DNA of 53,703 bases from an uncultured Eubacteriales bacterium (GTDB taxonomy: Bacteria; Bacillota; Clostridia; TANB77; CAG-508): assembly GCA_963529075.1 (NCBI GenBank), contig CAURYI010000001.1, forward strand, positions 1 to 53,703. Reading direction: 5' to 3'. The notes under the pieces are model-generated. The model saw only the letters and a list, made by a program, of their open reading frames with translations. It was not told the DNA's origin and ran no database searches. Position 1 is the first letter of the stretch. Each line of letters starts with the position of its first letter. The translations under genes were made by a program, and so were the position numbers. Below are positions 36,719 through 45,989 of the stretch, one piece after another.

Positions 36719-38139
36719 ATCAAGAGACAAGGGATATAATTGAAAACAAAGAAAAATTAAAAGAATTAGCTAATTGCTATGGATCACCATTAAATATATT
36801 GTTTCCAAATGTAATGGATAAGAATATAAGTAATTTCAAAGAGACACTAAAGAAACATCACCTTTCTGGAAAAATATATTATGCACATAAATGCAACAAA
36901 TCCAATTCGTTTTTAAAGCAAGCATTACAAAACCAAATAAATGTAGATGTAGCTTCATTGGAAGAATTAAAATCAGCACTATCAAATGGGTTTACAGGAG
37001 ATAAAATCGAAGCAACAGGCCCTAAAAATGATGATTTTATTATTTTGGGAATAAGACATAACATTATTTTTAACGTTGATAATTTAGAAGAAATAAAGAA
37101 GATTAATTATTTCAAAGAAAAGATTCAAACAAAAAATAAAATAAGAATTTTATTAAGGTTAAACGGATTCAAGTCAGAAGAAACTAAAATTTTAAACAGA
37201 AATAGCAGATTTGGTACACCAAAAAGCCAAGTAAATAAATTGATAGAATATGCGCAAGAAAACGATAAAAATCTAGAAATAATAGGAATATCATTTCATT
37301 TAGACACAGTAAATGTAAAAGAAAAAATATTAGCAATAGAAAATTGTATTGAAATATTTGAAGAAATGTTTGAAAAAGGCCTAAATCCTTATGTTTTAGA
37401 TATTGGAGGCGGATTTAAAGTAAATTATATAGAAAGCCAAGAAGAATGGGATAACAGCATAAGTGAATTAAAGGAAGCAATATTATCGGGAAATAATGAT
37501 TTAACATGGAATAATACATCTTTTGGATTAAGAGTTGAAAAAGGAGTATTAAGAGGAATTTTAAATATTCATGATTATTACAATGAGATAACCGGAAACC
37601 AATTATTAGATGAAATATTGTCAAGTCGATTAACTAAATTTCAAAACAGAGAAATAGGTGAGATATTGAGTGAAAATATGATTGAACTATATATAGAGCC
37701 AGGTTGTAGTCTTTTAGATGGAGCAGGGATAAACATAGCAAAAGTGAATTTTGTAAAAGAAAATGAAAACGGAGATTATTTAGTTGGATTAGATATGAAA
37801 AGATCTGATTTATTAATTGGAGAACAAGAAATGTTTGTTGATCCAATATTAATAAGTGATTCAAAAGAAGAAAGTAATGGAAAGGGAGTATTCTTTATAG
37901 GAAATCTTTGTATGGAAAATGATATCATTTTTAAAAGAAAAATATTTACTGAAAAAATACCACAAAGCGGGGATTTAGTAGTTTTTGTAAATACTGCAGG
38001 ATATTTTATGGATTTTGAGCAGTCGCACACAATAAAACAAAAAATTGCCACAAAAATAATAGTAACTTTTGAAAATAAAAAAATAAATTTATATATGGAT
38101 GAACATTATGAACCATTGAAATGTTCAAAGGAGGAATAA
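36694..38139 (+). CDS. Fold-type-III PLP enzyme of the Orn/DAP/Arg decarboxylase family (LysA/SbnH-like)
   Basis: YAHKCNKS (PLP Lys), GISFHLDT, LDIGGGF, EPGCSLL, GNLCMENDI and NTAGYFMDF motifs. GAGGAAG RBS. Confidence 0.8.
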   Translation: MFKFTPKLNQETRDIIENKEKLKELANCYGSPLNILFPNVMDKNISNFKETLKKHHLSGKIYYAHKCNKSNSFLKQALQNQINVDVASLEELKSALSNGFTGDKIEATGPKNDDFIILGIRHNIIFNVDNLEEIKKINYFKEKIQTKNKIRILLRLNGFKSEETKILNRNSRFGTPKSQVNKLIEYAQENDKNLEIIGISFHLDTVNVKEKILAIENCIEIFEEMFEKGLNPYVLDIGGGFKVNYIESQEEWDNSISELKEAILSGNNDLTWNNTSFGLRVEKGVLRGILNIHDYYNEITGNQLLDEILSSRLTKFQNREIGEILSENMIELYIEPGCSLLDGAGINIAKVNFVKENENGDYLVGLDMKRSDLLIGEQEMFVDPILISDSKEESNGKGVFFIGNLCMENDIIFKRKIFTEKIPQSGDLVVFVNTAGYFMDFEQSHTIKQKIATKIIVTFENKKINLYMDEHYEPLKCSKEE

Positions 38140-38144
38140 ATTAA

Positions 38145-39473
38145 GTGTTATATAAGAGTATCACAGAATTAATAGGAAACACACCATTAATTGAAATAAG
38201 CAAAAAAATAACAAAATTAAAAAACATCAATGTATATGCTAAATGCGAATTATATAATCCATTTGGTTCACTAAAAGACAGAGCAGGATACGCAATGCTT
38301 AAAGATGAGATTCACAAATTAAAAGAAAATAATATGACAGTAATCGAGTCATCAAGTGGAAATACAGCCAAAGCATTACAAATTATATGCAGTATGAATG
38401 GAATTCCATTTAAAACTGTTACTAACAGAATAAAAATACCAGAAACAAAGGAAATTTTGAAAGTAGCTGGTGCAGAAATAGAAGAATTACCAGGACTATC
38501 AGAATGTCCAGATCCAACAGATCCAAATGACCCAGTTGCATATATTGAAAGAATTGTATCTGAAAATCCTAATACGTACTATCACACAAATCAATATACG
38601 AACTTAAAAAATCCTAAAGTACACTATGAACATACAGGTAAAGAAATATATGATGATCTTGGAAAAGTAGATTATTTTTTTGGAACTCTGGGGACAACTG
38701 GATCTTCAAGAGGAACAATTGAGTATCTATTAGAAAAAAATAAAAATTTAAAAAAGATTGGGATAATTGCAGAAAAAGGAGACACAATTCCAGGAATAAG
38801 AAATAAAGACGAAATGTACGAAGTAGGAATATTTAATAAATCATTATATGATGAAATAGTATTAGTTAATTCCGATGAAGCCATTGAAGAAATGCTAGTC
38901 CTTAATAGAAAATGTGGAATTTTAGGAGGACCTACCAGTGGAGCAGCATTTAAAGGAACATTAAAATATTTGAGAGAAATAGATGACAAGTTAAAAGAAC
39001 CAGCAAATGCAGTGTTTATAGCATGTGACAGAATGGAATGGTACATGTCATATATTAAGAAAAGAAGACCAGAAATATTTGATTCAGAAATAAAGAGAGA
39101 AACGATTCGAACATTAACAGAAGAAGATATGAAATATGCTAAAACAATAGATGTTAATAATGCAGAAGAATGGATTGAAAAAAACAAGCCAATCATAATT
39201 GACTTAAGGGGAAATTTAGCTTATAAAAATGGACACATAGCAAATGCTATCAATATTACAGATATCTTTTTTGAAGATTTAGTAGATAATGGTACGCCAT
39301 TTTCAAAAGAAAACTCAGTACTATTAGTATGTAGTATAGGGGATAAGTCAAAGAAATTTAGTAGTTTATTGAATAAAAAAGGAATGAATGTATACAGCTT
39401 AGAAAATGGAATGACAGCTTGGAGAGAAAATTCACTTCCAGTAAAAAGGAGTCTTAGAGAAGGAATAATATAA
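38145..39473 (+). CDS. Fold-type-II PLP enzyme (CysK/CysM/SbnA-like) fused to a C-terminal rhodanese domain
   Basis: TPLIEI, NPFGSLKDRAGY (PLP Lys), SSGNTAKAL, GTLGTTGSSRG and GGPTSGAAF motifs. These are followed by IIIDLRGNLAYKNGHIANAINI...LLVCSIGDKSKKFS...MTAW. GTG start after AAGGAGGA. Confidence 0.8.
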   Translation: MLYKSITELIGNTPLIEISKKITKLKNINVYAKCELYNPFGSLKDRAGYAMLKDEIHKLKENNMTVIESSSGNTAKALQIICSMNGIPFKTVTNRIKIPETKEILKVAGAEIEELPGLSECPDPTDPNDPVAYIERIVSENPNTYYHTNQYTNLKNPKVHYEHTGKEIYDDLGKVDYFFGTLGTTGSSRGTIEYLLEKNKNLKKIGIIAEKGDTIPGIRNKDEMYEVGIFNKSLYDEIVLVNSDEAIEEMLVLNRKCGILGGPTSGAAFKGTLKYLREIDDKLKEPANAVFIACDRMEWYMSYIKKRRPEIFDSEIKRETIRTLTEEDMKYAKTIDVNNAEEWIEKNKPIIIDLRGNLAYKNGHIANAINITDIFFEDLVDNGTPFSKENSVLLVCSIGDKSKKFSSLLNKKGMNVYSLENGMTAWRENSLPVKRSLREGII

Positions 39474-40729
39474 TGAAGACAAATGATTTCAAAATCAATG
39501 CAAATAATATAAGCACAGAAAAAATAAGACAAATGGAAGAATTACGAAAAGATTTTCCAATATTAAATTCGAATATTGTTTATTTAGATAGTGCAGCAAC
39601 ATCACAAAAGCCACAACAAGTCATAGATGAAATTAATAAATATTATTTAGAATATTGTTCAAATATAGGCAGAGGGAATTATGATTGGGCAAGAAAAGCA
39701 AATAAAAAAGTAGAAGAAACAAGAAAAAAAGTTGCAAAATTTATTAATGCTAAAGAAAATGAAATAATATTTACGTCAGGAGCAACTGACAGTTCAAATT
39801 TAATTGCATATTCATACATGTTAAATAATTTACAAAACAATGATGAAATAATGATTTGTAAAGAAGATCATAAATCAACAATTCTTCCTTGGATGAATTT
39901 GATAAATATATTAAATAAATTCAAAATTAATATAATTGAAAAAGAAATATTGATAGATACTGAAGGAGATTACATAGAAGATAATTTAATCTCTAAAATA
40001 AATGAAAAAACAAAAATAGTGGTCTTAAGCCATATTCACAATGTATATGGTTTAGAAATGGAAATAGAAGAAATTGTACCCAGAATTAGAATGAAAAATC
40101 CAAATTCTAAAATAGTATTGGATTGTAGCCAAAGCGTAGGACATATCAATATAGATGTAAAAAAACTTGATGTAGATTTTGTGTATTTTTCAGGTCACAA
40201 AATGTTTGCAGAAACTGGAATTGGAGTATGCTATATTAAAAGTGAACATATAAAAGAAATGAAAGCTATTAAAGTAGGCGGTGGGCAAGCAAAAGAAGGA
40301 AAACTGAAAAACAAAGCTTCAGAAATACTAGAAGCAGGAACACAAAATATATCGGGCATAATTTCACTAGGAGCAGCAATTGATTATATAAATAAAATAG
40401 GGATTGAAGAGATAGAAAAATATATACTATACTTAACTAGATATTTATATGAACAGTTAAAATCAATCCCTAATATAGAATTTTCAAAAGGTATAGATAA
40501 ATATTCTTGCGTAGTAGGATATGGAATTGTAACATTTAAAATAGAAGGAATAGATAGTTCTGAATTAGGCGAAATTTTAAGTGATTATGGAATATATGTG
40601 AGAACTGGAGATTTTTGCAAAAGTGGCAAATCAGATGATTCGATAAGAGCTAGTTTACATGTATATAATAACAAAGAGGATATTGATAAATTAATAAATA
40701 TTATAAGATATATTTTGTCAGATCTATAA
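39473..40729 (+). CDS. SufS-like (class V, group II) cysteine desulfurase
   Basis: LDSAATSQKP, TSGATDSSNL, DCSQSVGH, FSGHKMF (PLP Lys), EAGTQNISG and RTGDFCKSG (catalytic Cys loop) motifs. The start codon overlaps the upstream stop codon. Confidence 0.85.
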   Translation: MKTNDFKINANNISTEKIRQMEELRKDFPILNSNIVYLDSAATSQKPQQVIDEINKYYLEYCSNIGRGNYDWARKANKKVEETRKKVAKFINAKENEIIFTSGATDSSNLIAYSYMLNNLQNNDEIMICKEDHKSTILPWMNLINILNKFKINIIEKEILIDTEGDYIEDNLISKINEKTKIVVLSHIHNVYGLEMEIEEIVPRIRMKNPNSKIVLDCSQSVGHINIDVKKLDVDFVYFSGHKMFAETGIGVCYIKSEHIKEMKAIKVGGGQAKEGKLKNKASEILEAGTQNISGIISLGAAIDYINKIGIEEIEKYILYLTRYLYEQLKSIPNIEFSKGIDKYSCVVGYGIVTFKIEGIDSSELGEILSDYGIYVRTGDFCKSGKSDDSIRASLHVYNNKEDIDKLINIIRYILSDL

Positions 40730-40871
40730 AAAATAAGTTCCTAGAATCTAAGTGTTCCAGAAATTTATTGGTTTTTGTATGAAATGTGAATTCTAAATGA
40801 TTATTAAATAAAAAAGATTGACCATTAAACTTTAATTGTATACAATTTAAATGTAAGCAAAAACACAATAA

Positions 40872-41174
40872 ATTACAATGATGGTAATGTTGGAGGTTTA
40901 AAATGAAAATGTTAAAAATTTAGGAGAAAAAATATACCTAGATTCAGGAACATTAACACCGCTTTTGAAAAAGTTAGAACATTAAGGATATTTAAAACGC
41001 GAAAAAGCAAAATAAGACGAAAGAAATTTATTAATAACTCTAACACCAGAAGGTAAAGCGTTAAGGGAAAAAGCAAAACACATACCAATTGAAATGATGA
41101 ATTGCATAAACTTACCATTTGACGAATTAATAAAATTAAAAAATACATTAAATAAAATTATTGGAGAAGAATGA
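40872..41174 (+). pseudogene. Decayed OhrR/MarR-family regulator
   Basis: The frame ending at the TGA at 41172-41174 reads [69 protein letters not shown]...LNKIIGEE. In-frame TAAs are at 40899, 40983 and 41013, with more further upstream. Confidence 0.75.
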
Positions 41175-41725
41175 TGAATATATATGATTATAAAGTAGAA
41201 AAGCCAAATGGAGAATATTTAAATTTAAAGGATTTAGAAGGAAAAGTAATATTAATAGTAAACACGGCAACAGGCTGTGGTTTTACACCACAATATAAAG
41301 AATTAGAAGAAATGTATGAAAAATTTCATGATAAAGGTTTGGAAATAATTGACATACCATGTAATCAATTTGCAGGACAAACACCTGGAACAGATGAAGA
41401 AATACATGAATTTTGCGTATTAAAATATAATACAAAGTTTGAACAAATGAAGAAAACAGACGTAAATGGAGAAAATGCAATTGAGCTATTCAAATATTTA
41501 AAAAGCCAAAAAGGATTTGAAGGATTCGGAAATGGGCCAAAAGCATTAGCAATCTCAGTAATGCTAAAATCAATTGACAAAGATTATAAAAATAATCCAG
41601 AAATCAAATGGAATTTTACAAAATTTTTAGTAGACAGAACAGGAACAGTTGTAGAAAGATTTGAACCAACACATAATATGAAAGATGTAATGAAAAAAGT
41701 AGAAAAATTGATAGAAGGTGAATAA
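41171..41725 (+). CDS. Glutathione peroxidase-family thiol peroxidase
   Basis: NTATGCGFTPQY and WNFTKFLVDR motifs. 184 aa. The start may be the second ATG at 41174. Confidence 0.88.
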   Translation: MMNIYDYKVEKPNGEYLNLKDLEGKVILIVNTATGCGFTPQYKELEEMYEKFHDKGLEIIDIPCNQFAGQTPGTDEEIHEFCVLKYNTKFEQMKKTDVNGENAIELFKYLKSQKGFEGFGNGPKALAISVMLKSIDKDYKNNPEIKWNFTKFLVDRTGTVVERFEPTHNMKDVMKKVEKLIEGE

Positions 41726-42622
41726 ATGGAACAATTCGATATAATTATAATAGGTGCAGGAACAGCGGGAATGACAGCAGGAATATATGCAGCAAGAGCA
41801 AATAAGAAAACATTAATTTTAGAAGGTAAAAACTATGGTGGGCAAATAATAAATACGCCAGATATTGAGAATTTTCCAGCATTAAACCATATTTCAGGAA
41901 TTGAATATGCAACTAATTTATATAATCAAGTAAAAGACTTAGGCGTAAGTTATAAGAGGGAAGAGGTTCAAAATATAACTGAAGATAGAGTAGTTACAAC
42001 AAACAAAAATCAATACCAAGCAAAAGCAGTTATAATCGCAACAGGAACACAAAACAGAAAGCTTGGTTTAGAAGGAGAAGATAATTTAGTAGGTAGAGGT
42101 ATCTCGTATTGTGCAACATGTGATGGAAGATTCTATAAAGGTAAAAATGTGGCCGTTATAGGTGGTGGAAATACTGCAATTGAAGATGCAATTTATCTAT
42201 CAGATTTAGCAGATAAGGTATATTTAATCCATAGGAGAGAAGGTTTTAGGGCAGATCAAAAAGCTATAGAAATATTGAAATCAAAAGAAAATGTGGAATT
42301 TATTTTAAATAATAAACCACATAAACTAATTGCAGAAAACAAACTTACAGGATTAGAAATAATAAATAACGAAAATGAGATAACCAAGATTGATATTTCA
42401 GGAATATTTATTGCAATTGGACAAATACCAAATACAGAAATATTTAAAAATTTCATAGATTTAAATGAATCAGGTTATATAAAATCAAAAGATGGAGTGC
42501 ATACAAATATGGATAAGATATATGTAGCAGGAGATGTCAGAGAAAAAGAATTAAGACAATTAATAACAGCAGCTTCTGATGGAGCAATTGCGGCAAACAC
42601 AGCAATAACAGAGATTCAATAA
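41726..42622 (+). CDS. trxB: Thioredoxin-disulfide reductase
   Basis: GAGTAG FAD motif, redox CATCDG, GGGNTA NADPH motif. 298 aa. Confidence 0.9.
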   Translation: MEQFDIIIIGAGTAGMTAGIYAARANKKTLILEGKNYGGQIINTPDIENFPALNHISGIEYATNLYNQVKDLGVSYKREEVQNITEDRVVTTNKNQYQAKAVIIATGTQNRKLGLEGEDNLVGRGISYCATCDGRFYKGKNVAVIGGGNTAIEDAIYLSDLADKVYLIHRREGFRADQKAIEILKSKENVEFILNNKPHKLIAENKLTGLEIINNENEITKIDISGIFIAIGQIPNTEIFKNFIDLNESGYIKSKDGVHTNMDKIYVAGDVREKELRQLITAASDGAIAANTAITEIQ

Positions 42623-42625
42623 ATA

Positions 42626-42663
42626 AAAAACATTTTGTATTAAAAAAGTACAAAATGTTTTTT
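42626..42663 (+). terminator. Rho-independent terminator
   Basis: CATTTTGTA...TACAAAATG stem flanked by A5 and T6. Confidence 0.75.
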
Positions 42664-42766
42664 GCTTTTATATAAGCAAGTGTTTTGAAGAAAAATACTG
42701 AAAAAAGCTATAAAAAAGGTTATGAAAATTCTTGAAGAAAACATATACCTATGATATAAAAATATC

Positions 42767-44659
42767 ATGGGAAAGAAAATGATAATAACAGAAAAGCCAT
42801 CAGTAGCAATGGAATTTGCAAAAGTAATATCAAAGAATTTTACAAGAAGAGATGGGTATTTAGAATCAGAAGAATGGATAATAAGCTGGTGTGTAGGACA
42901 TTTAGTAACAATGAGCTATCCAGAAAAATATAATGAACAATTAAAATATTGGAGAATAGAAACATTACCATTCATACCAAAAGATTGGAAATATGAAATA
43001 ATTCCACAAGTAGAAAGACAATTCAATATAATTAAATCATTAATGACAAGGGAAGATATCGAAGAAATATACAATGCAGGTGACTCAGGAAGAGAAGGAG
43101 AATACATTCAAAGGCTTGTATTAATGATGGTAAAGCCAGACCCGAAAATTAAAATAAAAAGAATATGGATAGATTCACAAACAGAGGATGAAATAAGGAG
43201 AGGAATATCGGAAGCAAAAGATGCAAGTGAATATGATAGCCTTTCAGATAGCGCATACCTAAGAGCCAAAGAAGATTACTTAATAGGAATTAATTTTTCG
43301 AGAATGTTAACACTGATGTACGGACAAAAATTATCAAATATGTTAAATGAAGAAAGAGCAAGTATATCAATAGGAAGAGTAATGACTTGTGTATTAGGAA
43401 TGGTAGTTAATAAAGAAAGAGAAATAAGAAATTTTGTAAAAACACCATATTTTAAAATTCAAGCAATCTTAAAGGATTTTCAAGCTGAGTGGAAAGTGTC
43501 AGAATCATCAAGATATTTCGAAAGCCCAAAATTGTATAACGATACAGGATTTAAACAAGAAGATGAAGCTAAAAAATTGATTTTAGAATTACAAGGTAAG
43601 GAAGCCGTAATTGAAGAAATAAAAAAATCCAAAGCAAAAGAAGCTGCACCACTATTATTTAATCTAGCAGAACTACAAAATGAATGCAGTAAGAAGTTTA
43701 AGATATCACCTGATAAAACTTTGGAAATAGCCCAAAATTTATATGAAAAGAAATTGGTAACATATCCAAGAACTGATGCCAGAGTTTTATCAACAGCAAT
43801 TGCTAAAGTAATATCAAAGAATTTAAATAATTTGGTTAAAAACTATAAAGATGAAGAAATACAATCTATTTTAAAGGAAATGTCTGATAATAAATATGTT
43901 GGTAAATTAGAAAAAACAAAATATGTAAATGACAAAAAAATAACTGATCACTATGCCATAATTCCTACTGGACAAGGATTTGAAAATTATGAAAAATTAT
44001 CGGAATTAGAACAGCAAATATTAAAATTAATAACGAAAAGATTTTTAGCTATATTCTATCCACCAGCAGAATTCAATAAATTAAATATTGTAATAGATAT
44101 TGATAAAGAAAAATTTACATCAAGTGATAAAATCTGTATAGCCCAAGGATATCAAAAAATATTAAAAAGCAAAGAGCTTGATGAAGAAGATAAGCAATTA
44201 CCTAAGATAAACTATAAAAAAGGTGATAAATTAGAAGTTGAAAACTATGAAATAAAAAATAGTGAAACAACACCACCAACAAGATATAATTCAGGAACAA
44301 TTATATTAGCGATGGAAAATGCAGGAAAACTAATAGAAGATGAAAAGCTTAGGGAACAAATAAAAGGCGCTGGAATAGGAACAAGTGCAACAAGAGCAGA
44401 AATTATAAAGAAGTTAGAAAAAATAGGTTATATAAATATAAATAACAAAACCCAAATAGTAACTCCAACTCAAAAAGGTGAAGCAATATTTGACATTGTT
44501 AGAATGTCAATGCAGAATATATTGAATCCGAAATTAACTGCAAGCTGGGAAAAAGGATTGGATTTAGTTGCAAAAAAAGAGATCAAACCAGAAGAATTTA
44601 TGCAAAAATTAGAAAAGTACATAAAAGAAAAATTTAATAGATTAATCACAATGATATAA
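42767..44659 (+). CDS. topB: DNA topoisomerase III (type IA)
   Basis: Toprim N-terminus MIITEKPSVA. Active-site Tyr motif LVTYPRTDARVL. GIGTSATRAEII motif. The start may be the ATG at 42779. Confidence 0.85.
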   Translation: MGKKMIITEKPSVAMEFAKVISKNFTRRDGYLESEEWIISWCVGHLVTMSYPEKYNEQLKYWRIETLPFIPKDWKYEIIPQVERQFNIIKSLMTREDIEEIYNAGDSGREGEYIQRLVLMMVKPDPKIKIKRIWIDSQTEDEIRRGISEAKDASEYDSLSDSAYLRAKEDYLIGINFSRMLTLMYGQKLSNMLNEERASISIGRVMTCVLGMVVNKEREIRNFVKTPYFKIQAILKDFQAEWKVSESSRYFESPKLYNDTGFKQEDEAKKLILELQGKEAVIEEIKKSKAKEAAPLLFNLAELQNECSKKFKISPDKTLEIAQNLYEKKLVTYPRTDARVLSTAIAKVISKNLNNLVKNYKDEEIQSILKEMSDNKYVGKLEKTKYVNDKKITDHYAIIPTGQGFENYEKLSELEQQILKLITKRFLAIFYPPAEFNKLNIVIDIDKEKFTSSDKICIAQGYQKILKSKELDEEDKQLPKINYKKGDKLEVENYEIKNSETTPPTRYNSGTIILAMENAGKLIEDEKLREQIKGAGIGTSATRAEIIKKLEKIGYININNKTQIVTPTQKGEAIFDIVRMSMQNILNPKLTASWEKGLDLVAKKEIKPEEFMQKLEKYIKEKFNRLITMI

Positions 44660-44757
44660 ATGCTTGTAACTCAATAATATTAACAAAAATAGTTAAAAGT
44701 ACAGTAGCGAATTTGCAAAAAAAACAATAATGTAGTATAATGGAGCAAGAGCCAAAA

Positions 44758-45948
44758 ATGGAGGTAATTAATATTTTAAGAGTTAAGAAATTAGCTGTTG
44801 GTCTAAGAAAATCAATTAAATTAGCTTCAATAGCCATATTAGCAGCTGTTGTCATATTAAGTATTTTACAAATTGCATATAGTCAAACATACGAAGTAAG
44901 TCTTAATGGCAAAGTTATAGGTTATACAAGAGATAAAGTTGTTTTGCAAAAAAGAATTAATGATTATATTAATACTGGAAATGGTGATGATGTAGCATTT
45001 GTTGAAGTAGATACATTACCAACATATAAAGCTGTATTATTAAAAAGAAATATCAAAACAAATGACGAAGAAATTTTAAATAAAGTTGTAGAATCAGGAA
45101 TTGCATATTATAAATATTATGCAATAGCAGTAGATAATCAAGAAAAAGCTTATCTAAAAACATTTGGAGAAGCCGAAAAAGTTATACAAGAATTAAAAAA
45201 TAAGAAAAGTACAAATGCTGATTCTCTAGGAATAGTCGAAAAATATGCTAAAAAGCAAGTTGCTGAAAAAGAAATAGAGACACAAGTTTCACAATCAGAA
45301 ACAAAGGTTGCAGATTCCACAACAACAAGTGATGTTCCAGTAGATAGCGATGGAGATAGTGATGAACTACCGGATGTGAAAGAATTAACAGAAGTTAAGT
45401 TAGCATCTGTTGATGACAGTATAAATCAATTATATGTTCAAGCAAAATCAACATCAAGATCAGCAAAAAATGCAAGAACATCAAGTGCAGGTTCAACATC
45501 ATCAACATATGAACAACGTGCAAAAATAGTTGATAATTCACAAACAGGTGTAAAAACAGACCTAGGTGTAACTTTAATTAAGCCAATATCTTCAGGATAT
45601 ACAATTACATCAAGATTCGGATGGAGATCAAGAGATAATCACCCTGGATTGGACGTTGCTGCACCAAAAGGAACAGCAATTAAAGCTGCAGCAGGCGGTA
45701 CCGTAATATTTGCAGGTTCGGGTTCACCATATGGTGGATATGGAAATATTGTTGTAATTCAATCAAACTCATCAACAGCAATTAGATATGCTCACTGTAG
45801 TAAAATTTATGTAAGAAAAGGTGAAGTTGTTGAACAAGGGCAAGTAATTGCAGCTGTTGGTTCGACAGGTATTTCAACAGGTAACCACTTACACTTTGAG
45901 ATAAGATATAATGGTAAAAAAATAGACCCACAAAAATATGTATATTAA
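44758..45948 (+). CDS. Membrane-anchored M23 (LytM-type) peptidase
   Basis: HPGLDVAAPKGT and GNHLHFEI Zn motifs. TM segment LASIAILAAVVILSIL. The track's ATG at 44740 overlaps a TTGCAA-17-TATAAT promoter (44713-44741), so 44758 is preferred, though the start remains uncertain. Confidence 0.8.
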   Translation: MEVINILRVKKLAVGLRKSIKLASIAILAAVVILSILQIAYSQTYEVSLNGKVIGYTRDKVVLQKRINDYINTGNGDDVAFVEVDTLPTYKAVLLKRNIKTNDEEILNKVVESGIAYYKYYAIAVDNQEKAYLKTFGEAEKVIQELKNKKSTNADSLGIVEKYAKKQVAEKEIETQVSQSETKVADSTTTSDVPVDSDGDSDELPDVKELTEVKLASVDDSINQLYVQAKSTSRSAKNARTSSAGSTSSTYEQRAKIVDNSQTGVKTDLGVTLIKPISSGYTITSRFGWRSRDNHPGLDVAAPKGTAIKAAAGGTVIFAGSGSPYGGYGNIVVIQSNSSTAIRYAHCSKIYVRKGEVVEQGQVIAAVGSTGISTGNHLHFEIRYNGKKIDPQKYVY

Positions 45949-45960
45949 TAAAATAAACTA

Positions 45961-45989
45961 TTGACATCATTTTGTAAAAATGTTATACT
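45961..45989 (+). promoter_or_regulatory. rpoBC promoter (extended -10)
   Basis: TTGACA-17 nt-TATACT, with TGT immediately upstream of the -10 box. Confidence 0.65.

Noticed and set aside
36694-38139. Calling the type-III PLP enzyme simply lysA
   Set aside because: The fold landmarks match the family. However, the C-terminal substrate region is divergent (NTAGYFMDF rather than a GAY…YN-type motif). The operon context (Fur paralog, CooC-like ATPase, desulfurase) is also not that of lysine biosynthesis. It is kept as a family-level call, and the lysA possibility is listed as a refutation test.
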